In this document: piece after piece, positions 1 to 7,648 of the stretch | Layout of the letters: each line of letters opens with the position of its first letter | Numbering within the stretch: position 1 is the first letter of the stretch | IMG/VR virus record: IMGVR_UViG_3300048848_000234 | Location: 1-42,615 of that record | Direction: 5' to 3' (one strand) | DNA: 42,615 nucleotides | Origin: a virus | Lineage: Duplodnaviria; Caudoviricetes | Notes under the pieces: model-generated | What the model was told of the DNA's origin: nothing | What the model saw: only the letters and a program-made list of their open reading frames with translations | The model's database searches: none | Translations under genes and position numbers: made by a program

Positions 1-732
1 CGGCTCGGCGGTGACCGGGTAGCCCAGATCGTCGGGAATACAGAGGTATGGGGTTCCGTCGCGGTCTTCGGCGAACGGGGTGATCGTCCGTAACGGATAG
101 GCCCGCGCCTGCGCGACCGCATCGTCGTAGCTCGCGAACAGCGCGAGCCGCTCCAGATTGCGGCGGGTGGGATAGATGATCGTCGCGCGGGCGGCATCCG
201 CCTCCGCCAGCAGATCGGCGGCGGTGGTCCAGATCAGGCGAACGTTCTCGGTTTCGTCGACGCTCGCCGTCGTATCCGCAGGGGCCCGCGCGAGAAAGAA
301 CAGCGTGTCGAATATGCGCATCTGCGGATGGGCAGGCAGCCAGCGCGCGAAGGGGATCAGACGGTCGAGATCGAGAATCATGTCCACCTCCGCCAGCACG
401 GCGGCGAAGGGCGTACCGGCATGCAATCGCGCACGGATCGTCGCCAGTTGCGCGGCGGTCGGTTCGGGGGACAGGCCGATCGCGACGCCGGCTTCCTCGA
501 TCGTCTCGCGGATCGCGGCGATGCGGGCGGCGCCCTCGTCATCGACGCCCATCGTTGCGGCCAGCGCGCGGTCGCCGGGATCGATGCGACCGCCGGGGAA
601 TACCATCGCACCGCCCGCGAACGCCATTGCCCTGGCGCGCTCGACCATCAGCAGTTCGGGCGGCGTTCCGTCCGCGCCCCTGGAATCGCGGATGATGACG
701 AGGGTCGCTGCGGGGATCGGGTCGTTGGCCAT
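1..732 (-). CDS. NUDIX hydrolase (host gene, runs off the left edge)
   Basis: Hand translation from ATG at 732: MANDPIPAATLVIIRD...LLMVERARAMAFAGGAMVFPGGRIDPGD...AAIRETIEEAGV, a Nudix box. No stop before position 1. Confidence 0.85.
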   Translation of the reverse strand, partial: MANDPIPAATLVIIRDSRGADGTPPELLMVERARAMAFAGGAMVFPGGRIDPGDRALAATMGVDDEGAARIAAIRETIEEAGVAIGLSPEPTAAQLATIRARLHAGTPFAAVLAEVDMILDLDRLIPFARWLPAHPQMRIFDTLFFLARAPADTTASVDETENVRLIWTTAADLLAEADAARATIIYPTRRNLERLALFASYDDAVAQARAYPLRTITPFAEDRDGTPYLCIPDDLGYPVTAEP

Positions 733-813
733 GTCGCGATGTAACGCGCGGGCGCCGCGATGCTAGCGCGGATCGTCTCGCCGGTTCCGCGCGGGACGAC
801 GATGGCGGGGTGG

Positions 814-861
814 TGGTGGAGCTGAGGGGAATCGAACCCCTGACCTCTGCAGTGCGATTGC
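814..861 (-). other. att core: duplicated 3' 48 bp of tRNA-Ala(CGC), left prophage junction
   Basis: Minus strand reads GCAATCGCACTGCAGAGGTCAGGGGTTCGATTCCCCTCAGCTCCACCA: anticodon loop (CGC), T-arm GTTCGATTC, acceptor 3' strand and CCA. D-arm and 5' half are absent. Confidence 0.85.
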
Positions 862-1146
862 TCCCCAGGCTGCACTTTGCCCGGTCGCTACGAGAGAAGG
901 TGCAGAAAATCGCTCCTGTCATCCGCTGCCATAGAGGCGTTTGCGATACCAGCGCGATACCAGACCACGATCCCATGAGCATGGCGATCTGCGGATCGGG
1001 CACCGGGATCGAGTTCAGGTCCAGGTTAACCGCCGGGATACTGATCGCGGGTATCGTCGTCGTCACGAGCCAGCGATCGCGTAATTCGCCCTATACAGAC
1101 CGCAGGGATCTCTCATAAAATAACCTTGGTTACAAAGGGGGTTAAG

Positions 1147-2445
1147 GTGGAAGAATCTACACGCGGCGTTATCCATCGCCGTCATCTACTGACATTCATT
1201 GGGGGTGGGGCGCTGACGCTTGCAGGGTGCGGCGGCTCGGGTGAAAACGGCAGCAGCGTTCCGGTGGTCACCGGCCCAAACACGGGAACGCCCGCTCCGA
1301 CGCCTCCTGTCGAGGTGTTGCCGCCCGCTCGGAGCTCGAACATCCTCGTGCTCGGCATGTCGGTGTTTAAAGGCGCCGATCTCGTTCCAGAGAATTATCC
1401 GGCTCGCGAAGCGTTCTTTGTCGACAATGCGCCGGTTCAGTACTTTCGGGGGGCGTTGTTGGCCACAGCTGGCTATACGCCCGCATTGGTCGGGTACGAT
1501 ATGCAGGCAGTCGGCGGTGCCTTCGATCATGAAGTCGAGGCGCAATACACTGCTTCTCGCCAATCGCCGAAGAACCTCGTGTTTCTCGGCTTGGGTATGA
1601 ATAGTGGCTCGCCGTATGGCGTCTATGGTACAGGGCCGAACGCGGGCTACACCAAGGAAGTGCTCCGTTCGCAATTGCGCCGGATCAAAGCAGACGGCGC
1701 CCGCGCCATTGTCTGCAACACCGTACATCCATGGCCCGCCAAGATCACAGCCGCTGATATCAGCACAAGCCTGTCGCAAGGCCTGTCATGGCCTCCTGAA
1801 CGCCGCACTCTGTTCGCGTACAACGTCTTCCACTTCGACGCTGCTGCCGGCACGCTGTCGCTGCCAGGGACCTACGCGGATGGCGTCGCGATATTCGATC
1901 ATCCGTCGGGCGGATCGCGTATCAAGGCCGGTTCGCAGCTATTCATCACAGGCGAGGGGCAGCATGTCGGCCGCACGCTGATCGTGACCGAGCGGGTCGA
2001 CGGCAATACCGTCCGGGTTCGTGGCATCGTCGCGACCGAAAACGTCCCGGCTGGTGTCCGCCACATCAATCCACCGCTCGAAGAGATCATGGAAACACCA
2101 CCGTCGCGACAGCTCCAGGTGAAGGACTGGACGGGCGGCGGTGTATCTGTCGAAGGGCTGGCGAGCTTCGCCCTTTGGAACGCGATGCTGCTCGATCTCT
2201 GCCGTGAGGAAGACGTAACGTTGCTCGACTTCGAGTATCGCGGCTTCAAGTGGGTCGAGCGGCGTGGGTGGCCTTCGGTCTACACCGCCGAATACATGGG
2301 GAAGACCATCAGCAATGTGAATCACCCCGTCTATGCTGCGCAGCGGGTGATCTACGGCGAGTTGATGGCGTCACTCGCTTCGTCCTATGCCCGAGGCACG
2401 CTGGCGGCGGGCTTTCAGGTCCTCCGCGGGCCGGCGATCGCTTAG
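1147..2445 (+). CDS. Tat-signal lipoprotein with SGNH-type esterase domain, paralogue of the tail spike tip (moron)
   Basis: Likely GTG start at 1147 after AAGGGGG (ORF open from TTG 1126). HRRHLL twin-Arg motif, h-region, lipobox LAGC, G/S/P/T-rich tether, then LGMS / GMN / NVNHP motifs collinear with the C-terminus of 7649-10072. Confidence 0.85.
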   Translation: MEESTRGVIHRRHLLTFIGGGALTLAGCGGSGENGSSVPVVTGPNTGTPAPTPPVEVLPPARSSNILVLGMSVFKGADLVPENYPAREAFFVDNAPVQYFRGALLATAGYTPALVGYDMQAVGGAFDHEVEAQYTASRQSPKNLVFLGLGMNSGSPYGVYGTGPNAGYTKEVLRSQLRRIKADGARAIVCNTVHPWPAKITAADISTSLSQGLSWPPERRTLFAYNVFHFDAAAGTLSLPGTYADGVAIFDHPSGGSRIKAGSQLFITGEGQHVGRTLIVTERVDGNTVRVRGIVATENVPAGVRHINPPLEEIMETPPSRQLQVKDWTGGGVSVEGLASFALWNAMLLDLCREEDVTLLDFEYRGFKWVERRGWPSVYTAEYMGKTISNVNHPVYAAQRVIYGELMASLASSYARGTLAAGFQVLRGPAIA

Positions 2446-2462
2446 TCGCGACCGCAGTATGC

Positions 2463-2493
2463 TGGTCGTGTGGAAAGGCTTTCTACACGACCA
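2463..2493. terminator. 14-bp stem-loop downstream of the lipoprotein gene
   Basis: TGGTCGTGTGGAAA-GGC-TTTCTACACGACCA (one G-U pair) between convergent units; no long U tract. Confidence 0.5.
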
Positions 2494-2584
2494 AATCCTC
2501 GCGCCCGCGCGCGGTACTTCCCCAGAGCAGAACGGTAGGCGCGCTCACCAATCAACCACGAAAGGGAAGCGCGCCGCTCGTTAT

Positions 2585-2623
2585 TTAGCCGCGGGTCGGA
2601 CGGCCGGGTTTCCAGTAACGCAT
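2585..2623 (-). CDS. Candidate 12-aa small ORF MRYWKPGRPTRG
   Basis: Preceded by AAAGGAGGTGAT (2629-2640), a 12-nt complement of the 16S rRNA 3' end, 5 nt before the ATG. Confidence 0.4.
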   Translation of the reverse strand: MRYWKPGRPTRG

Positions 2624-2726
2624 GTGAAATCACCTCCTTTCGAGTCGGTTGTACGGCCCGCACGGCGCAGACTGATCCGGGATTGGGTGGTCGGCACGCG
2701 CGGGAGCTGCGCGATCGCGAGGCCGA

Positions 2727-4727
2727 TCAGGCCGCGATGCTGGTGTTGCTACAGAGCGAGTTGGCGTTGTCCGGGTGCTTGCCCTGGAAGTAGGCGATCT
2801 CCGCCGCGGCCGGCTTCTCGGCCACCACGACACGTACCTGGTTCGGCGCGACGATCACGGCCGACGCGACGTTCAACTGCGTCACGAATTGCCCGATCGT
2901 CGCGTCGATGACGCCATCGGGCGAGGCCGTGAAGCCAGTGATGTTCGACTGCCCGGTCAGACCGACAAGCGAGTTCGCGCCGCGCAGATCGAATGTCACG
3001 ACGAAGGCGCCGGTCGCCGGATCGTAGGTACGAGACAGCGGCTTCGGGCATTTATAGGCCCGACCCGACGCCCGCATCACGCCTGCCATCTGCGTGCCCA
3101 GCCGGGTGCCGGAGTGCTCGACGCCGGCAGGCGTCATATGCGTGCCGTCCGTGCTATAGGATCGATCCCGGTAGGAGCAGGACGTGACGTTCGGGTCGTT
3201 CATCTCCATCTGGATGGTCGCCTGCACCTGGCCATAATCGGCAGCGACCGGCCCGTTGGCGTCGTCCGTTTGGCCGCCGATCGACAGGAACACCGGGAGG
3301 GTCGGCTGATTGCAGGCGGTCCGCACCTGACTGATCAGCGTGGTGAAGCGGGAAACGTTGGTCGCCACGTCGGAGGTAACGTCGGTTGCGAGGAACGGCA
3401 CACAGAAGCAGGCAACGATGCCCTGATGCTTCGTGATGTAATCGGTCAGCGCGACCCGGTTGCCATCGCCGGCGTTGACCCATGCTTCGAGCTTCGACCC
3501 GGTGACAGCGAAGTCGAGGAAGGCGATTGGGACATCCGGCTCCAATGCCCGCAGGCGGTTGCCGATGGCTCGGATACCACCCCCGAGATTGTTGCTGGCG
3601 TACACACCATTGCCGTTCGCATCGACCGTCAAGCGATCCATGCGATAGCTGTTCGCCGGGTTGGGCTCGTTAACTGCTCCGGCAGCGCAGAACATGCTGG
3701 CCGTCGACGATCCACCGACTGCCACGACGTCACCGACGCCGAACGTCGTCGTGGTGAGCGCGGAGGTCGCGAGCAGGGTGGTGCCGACATAGGTGCGAAG
3801 CTGCACCTGATATCCGACGAACCCGACCGGAACGCCCGGCAGGAAGCCGGTGATATAGCCGCCCGCGATGCTCACGCCAGTCATGTCTGTCCAGTCGAGA
3901 ACCGTAGCGGCCCCTCGGACGACCTTACCCTGCACCCGCGTCGGCGTGTTGGCGACCGTTCCGGTGTAGGCACCCTTGACCTTGATGTTGCCGGCCTTGG
4001 TGCCGGTCACCCGTTGCAGGATTTCGTTCTGCGTGAAGTCGTTGACGGTGACGGCCGAAGGGGTCGCTGAGTTGTCGTCGTAGGCGTAGGACGCCGCGCC
4101 AATGGCGTTGGGATATGCCGCAGGGAACATCGCTTTGATGGCGTGCGCTGTCTCTGCGTCCGGATGGCCGCTGTACGTCCGCAGCCCGCCCGTCCCCTTC
4201 GTGTTCGTCGGAATTTTATACTCAGGGGTCGCCTCGACACCCGACCACGTGATTGCGGGGATGTCGTCGGTGATTACGGCAGCGAGCGTCAGGCCACCGG
4301 CATAGGTGTCAATCGCAACGCCCGTCGAACCATCGTTGAGCCCACCGGCGCCGACCAAGCGTCGAGCGCTGTTCCCGGTGATGCCGGTACATGCCACGGC
4401 GATGATTGCGATACGGGTGAAGCTCTTGTCTACCGTAGCTGTAAGCGACGCCGTCGTGCCATCGGGCACGTAGACCGGCCGACCGAAGAATACGTGCTGG
4501 TATAGCCCGTTCCCGGTGTAGCTGACCTGACTGTTCGGCAGGAAGGCATCGATGCCATTGACGGTGCAGGACACCACGTCGCGCTTCACCGAGGATGCGG
4601 AGAAGATTACGACGGGGACAACCCAGCGCGCCGGATCGGCAGCGCCAATAGCCAGGGCAAAAGTGCGAGTAATATCCCCGGCGTTGTAGAACCCACCAGC
4701 GATGTTCGTAGGGACTGCGTTGGCCAT
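2727..4727 (-). CDS. Sialate O-acetylesterase (SASA/SGNH)-like protein with beta-rich N-terminal domains
   Basis: GVGDVVAVGGSST resembles VGEVWxxSGQSN; AVTGSKLEAW resembles GGTxIExW; DGTH is the DxxH motif. No signal peptide seen. Confidence 0.65.
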   Translation of the reverse strand: MANAVPTNIAGGFYNAGDITRTFALAIGAADPARWVVPVVIFSASSVKRDVVSCTVNGIDAFLPNSQVSYTGNGLYQHVFFGRPVYVPDGTTASLTATVDKSFTRIAIIAVACTGITGNSARRLVGAGGLNDGSTGVAIDTYAGGLTLAAVITDDIPAITWSGVEATPEYKIPTNTKGTGGLRTYSGHPDAETAHAIKAMFPAAYPNAIGAASYAYDDNSATPSAVTVNDFTQNEILQRVTGTKAGNIKVKGAYTGTVANTPTRVQGKVVRGAATVLDWTDMTGVSIAGGYITGFLPGVPVGFVGYQVQLRTYVGTTLLATSALTTTTFGVGDVVAVGGSSTASMFCAAGAVNEPNPANSYRMDRLTVDANGNGVYASNNLGGGIRAIGNRLRALEPDVPIAFLDFAVTGSKLEAWVNAGDGNRVALTDYITKHQGIVACFCVPFLATDVTSDVATNVSRFTTLISQVRTACNQPTLPVFLSIGGQTDDANGPVAADYGQVQATIQMEMNDPNVTSCSYRDRSYSTDGTHMTPAGVEHSGTRLGTQMAGVMRASGRAYKCPKPLSRTYDPATGAFVVTFDLRGANSLVGLTGQSNITGFTASPDGVIDATIGQFVTQLNVASAVIVAPNQVRVVVAEKPAAAEIAYFQGKHPDNANSLCSNTSIAA

Positions 4728-4729
4728 GA

Positions 4730-5194
4730 TTATGCGCTCGCGATTAGGCCGGCAGACGGAAACACCGACATGCCAGGAGTGGTGACGCTGGGCGTGAAAG
4801 CTGCGGTGCTGCCCGCGGCCGCGACTGCGACTGACGTTGTACTGGTCGCCTGGATGGTGGAGCCATCCGTGCCCGTGGCGGTGTTGCGGAAGGTGATCGC
4901 CTTGCCGGCATCCGCTGCCTGGGTGACGTAATCAGCGGCGACGACTCCCCCGGCAAGGAGATAGTCGCGTGCCGACACCGTTCCGTTGGCGACGACGCCA
5001 TCGGTGAAAGTCAGTACGTTGACCGCCTGACCTGCCGTGATGGCACCGGTGACGCTGGGTCGGTTGGTGAAGCTCGGCGCAGGTGTGGGCGGGGGAGTGA
5101 CAATCACCCCGCCGGTTGCAACGAAACCGGCCCGTGACTGAGCCTTGGCAGCAGCCGAGCCCGAAACACGGGGATATCGAGGATTGCGGGCCAT
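4730..5194 (-). CDS. Hypothetical T/A/V-rich protein, possibly Ig-like or virion-associated
   Basis: 154 aa ORF with GAAAGG upstream; stop 2 nt before the start of the SASA-like gene. Confidence 0.6.
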   Translation of the reverse strand: MARNPRYPRVSGSAAAKAQSRAGFVATGGVIVTPPPTPAPSFTNRPSVTGAITAGQAVNVLTFTDGVVANGTVSARDYLLAGGVVAADYVTQAADAGKAITFRNTATGTDGSTIQATSTTSVAVAAAGSTAAFTPSVTTPGMSVFPSAGLIASA

Positions 5195-5292
5195 ATCGAC
5201 CTTTCAGGAGACGAGGAGGAGGATCACTGCCCACAGGGCGAGTGATACGGGGATGCCGAGGCGCAGGCCTGCGAAGGCAGATCGGACAGCCA

Positions 5293-5646
5293 TCACCGGC
5301 AGCCAGCAGGCGCGAGGCCGGTAGCAATCACCGCAGCGGTGCAGCGGCGCTCCAGCGCGACCGCGACCGCCCGGCTGTTGCCGCGCTCGACTGCGCCGAT
5401 CGCCTCGGCGAACCGCTCCACGATCTCGGCAAGGATGCCGCGGTCGATCGTCACCGCCTCGCCCGACGGCTTGGCGGCGAGCGGCGTCAGCTGCTCGGTG
5501 CGGGTGAGGTCAGGTGCCAGAGGGGGCAGCGTCGGCCGCTCGGTTCGCGCGAGCGATGCCGGCGTTGAGCGTGTCGCGCAGGCTGTCGACAGGAGCGGCA
5601 GGAGCAGGAGCGCCGGCAGCAGCAGGCGGGACGGTGTCGATCGCAT
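5293..5646 (-). CDS. o-spanin (Rz1-like lipoprotein)
   Basis: Hydrophobic signal ending LSTAC, Pro-rich body, overlaps the 3' end of the i-spanin in another frame. Confidence 0.7.
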   Translation of the reverse strand: MRSTPSRLLLPALLLLPLLSTACATRSTPASLARTERPTLPPLAPDLTRTEQLTPLAAKPSGEAVTIDRGILAEIVERFAEAIGAVERGNSRAVAVALERRCTAAVIATGLAPAGCR

Positions 5647-5908
5647 TGCGCAGATCCTTGATCGTGGCCTTCACGGCCTGGGTGGAGAGGTCGTCGGCAC
5701 GAGCGACACGCCTGCTGATCGAATCGGCGACGACAGCCGCGGTGCGCTCGTCGGCTCGAGCCTCCGCGATGCGCTCGGTCCGCTGGTGCTCGACGGCCTG
5801 CGTTACCTTCGCAGCGCCGGCCTTCTCGCCGTCGTGGCGGACCAGCCAGACGACCAGCAGGATCGCGAGCAGCACGCCTGCGCCGATGATGAGGCGAAGG
5901 CGGGTCAT
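5510..5908 (-). CDS. i-spanin (Rz-like)
   Basis: MTRLRLIIGAGVLLAILLVVWLV N-terminal TM followed by coiled coil; ATGA overlap with the endolysin stop. Confidence 0.7.
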   Translation of the reverse strand: MTRLRLIIGAGVLLAILLVVWLVRHDGEKAGAAKVTQAVEHQRTERIAEARADERTAAVVADSISRRVARADDLSTQAVKATIKDLRNAIDTVPPAAAGAPAPAAPVDSLRDTLNAGIARANRAADAAPSGT

Positions 5909-6489
5909 GTCGGCAGGCCCTGCACGCAGATCGCCCGCTCGCGCGCCCGACGATTGACCAGCCCGGCGATCACCCGCCCACCAGCCTTGTTCCAGAGCAG
6001 GAACCGATCGCAGCCCGCGCGCCACTGGCCCGCGTTCCACAGCTTGGCGATGCTCGACTTGCAGAAGCCGGTGGTGCCGATGTTGTAGGAGAGCGAGACC
6101 GCGGCGATGACCTGGCTGCTGCGCCCCTTCAACGCCGGGACGCAGCTGATGATCGGCTCCGCATGCGCGATGAGCTCCTCCTCCAGCATGTCGTTGCACT
6201 GCGCGGGCGTGAACCGCATCCCCATCTTCACGCCCTTGGTGATGCCGTCGCAGGCGGTCGGCACCCTCACGATGTCGAGATAGGCATCGAGGTACTGCTT
6301 GCCGGCGACGTGAGTGACGGTGACGGTCTGGTCGGCATTGACCGTCGCCTTAACCCGCCGGCCGCTTTCCTCCTTCGGCACGAGGACGAACAGCGCGGCC
6401 GCGGCGACTACCGATCCGACGACGCCAGCCAACGTCTTCTTGCCGGGCTTCACGGCCGTCGTCTGCGTCTTGCGATCAGGCGCTGCCAT
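5905..6489 (-). CDS. SAR-type endolysin, GH24 lysozyme
   Basis: Basic N-terminus plus G/A/V-rich SAR segment; AYLDIVRVPTACDG, SLSYNIG, WNKAGGRVIAGLVNRRARERAIC motifs. Confidence 0.9.
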   Translation of the reverse strand: MAAPDRKTQTTAVKPGKKTLAGVVGSVVAAAALFVLVPKEESGRRVKATVNADQTVTVTHVAGKQYLDAYLDIVRVPTACDGITKGVKMGMRFTPAQCNDMLEEELIAHAEPIISCVPALKGRSSQVIAAVSLSYNIGTTGFCKSSIAKLWNAGQWRAGCDRFLLWNKAGGRVIAGLVNRRARERAICVQGLPT

Positions 6490-6748
6490 TGGCCGCCTCC
6501 TCGATCTTCGCCGCGGCCTTCGGCTGCGGGATCAGGCGCGCGACGATCGTCCCGACGAACAGGAGGAACGGGATCGCCTTGCCGACGCTCTCCGGCACCA
6601 TCGCCTGCACTTCGGCCGGCAGCGCGTTCCACGCCTGCAACAGCGCGTCGGGGGTCAGCGCTGCCCAGCCCATGATGATGGCCCCGAGCGCGGACAGCCG
6701 CACGGACCAGAGGCGCCATGCCTGGCGCCAACCGTCAATCACCTTCAT
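6476..6748 (-). CDS. Holin
   Basis: 90 aa, WRQAWRLWSVRL start, two hydrophobic segments, directly upstream of and overlapping the endolysin. Confidence 0.75.
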   Translation of the reverse strand: MKVIDGWRQAWRLWSVRLSALGAIIMGWAALTPDALLQAWNALPAEVQAMVPESVGKAIPFLLFVGTIVARLIPQPKAAAKIEEAANGSA

Positions 6749-6787
6749 GATGTCTCCTGTGGTGGCGGCTGCCGGCCGCCTGCGGTG

Positions 6788-7042
6788 TCAGCGATCCCGG
6801 CGGGATCGGAAGAAGTGGCGCGCCTGGTCGCGGCGGAGCTTCGCGCTCTCGACCGATGCCTCGGCGCTGATCGCGAGCCGCTCCAGATCCTGCTTCGGAG
6901 GAGGCGGCGGGAAGGCCCGGCGCAACGCCGGTTCGATGAACTCGGTGCGGACCCACCGGCGGTTGGCGAGCAGGCGCTCGGCCGGGGCGATCGCCAGCAC
7001 CAGAGCGCCGATGAGCATCACGATCAGCCCCCCGTCGATCAT
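6788..7042 (-). CDS. Small membrane protein, lysis region
   Basis: MIDGGLIVMLIGALVLAIAP N-terminal TM; ATGA coupling with the upstream ORF. Confidence 0.55.
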   Translation of the reverse strand: MIDGGLIVMLIGALVLAIAPAERLLANRRWVRTEFIEPALRRAFPPPPPKQDLERLAISAEASVESAKLRRDQARHFFRSRRDR

Positions 7043-7305
7043 GGCGCCTTGCTCCTCGGGTCCGCCATCATCTCCAGCTTCACCTCGATGCGCGCGAGGC
7101 GGAGATCCATCTGCTGAAGCATCTCGGTCCGCGCCTTTGCGTCGGTCCGGGCGTCCGTCTCCAGCTGCTCGATGCGCTTGGTGTGATCCTTCAGCGTGGC
7201 GATGTAGCCACCGCTCATCTGGATCACGCCAGCGATGACGATGATCAGCGAGATCACCGGCACGAACGGTGCCCACCAGGGCGGGGAGCTGGATGGCGCG
7301 GTCAC
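7039..7305 (-). CDS. Single-TM plus coiled-coil protein, lysis region
   Basis: WWAPFVPVISLIIVIAGVI TM followed by heptads RIEQLE...RLARIEVKLE. Confidence 0.65.
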   Translation of the reverse strand: MTAPSSSPPWWAPFVPVISLIIVIAGVIQMSGGYIATLKDHTKRIEQLETDARTDAKARTEMLQQMDLRLARIEVKLEMMADPRSKAP

Positions 7306-7428
7306 GCGTCAGCCGTCTCTCCCGCGGCCCTGTCGGCCGCGAAGCTGTCTTTGTTCATGATCGTCTCCGAAGGGTCCGGCACTTCGCCGGCTCGACATGC
7401 GTTAGGCGGGTCCAGAGGAGACCAAGCC

Positions 7429-7605
7429 ATGATGACCAACTATCGCGTGATCGTAGAAGGCAGTGACGAGACGGTGAGCCACGAGTTCGACGGCGAGCCG
7501 CAGATCAACCTGACCTTCGAGAACGATGGCAAGGTCTACAAGATCACCAGCCGCGCTCATGATGAGCACGCCGACGAGCCGACGGTGCACGCCGTATTGA
7601 TCTGA
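7429..7605 (+). CDS. 58-aa acidic hypothetical protein, antisense to the late operon (moron)
   Basis: GAGGAG RBS then ATG 7429: MMTNYRVIVEGSDETVSHEFDGEPQINLTFENDGKVYKIT...VHAVLI. Confidence 0.7.
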   Translation: MMTNYRVIVEGSDETVSHEFDGEPQINLTFENDGKVYKITSRAHDEHADEPTVHAVLI

Positions 7606-7611
7606 TCGCTC

Positions 7612-7644
7612 CAGCCGACCAGCCTTACCCCGGCCGGTCGGCTG
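7612..7644. terminator. Stem-loop between convergent genes
   Basis: CAGCCGACC...GGTCGGCTG perfect 9-bp outer stem. Confidence 0.5.
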
Positions 7645-7648
7645 CCAC

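Noticed and set aside
814-861. Functional tRNA-Ala gene
   Set aside because: Only the 3' 48 nt are present; there is no D-arm or acceptor 5' strand.
1120-1146. CtrA box upstream of the lipoprotein gene
   Set aside because: TTAC-N8-TTAA and TAACC-TT-GGTTA do not fit TTAA-N7-TTAA spacing; only a half site.
4727-4732. Stop-codon readthrough fusing the 154-aa and 666-aa genes
   Set aside because: The two ORFs are not in the same frame (2-nt gap).
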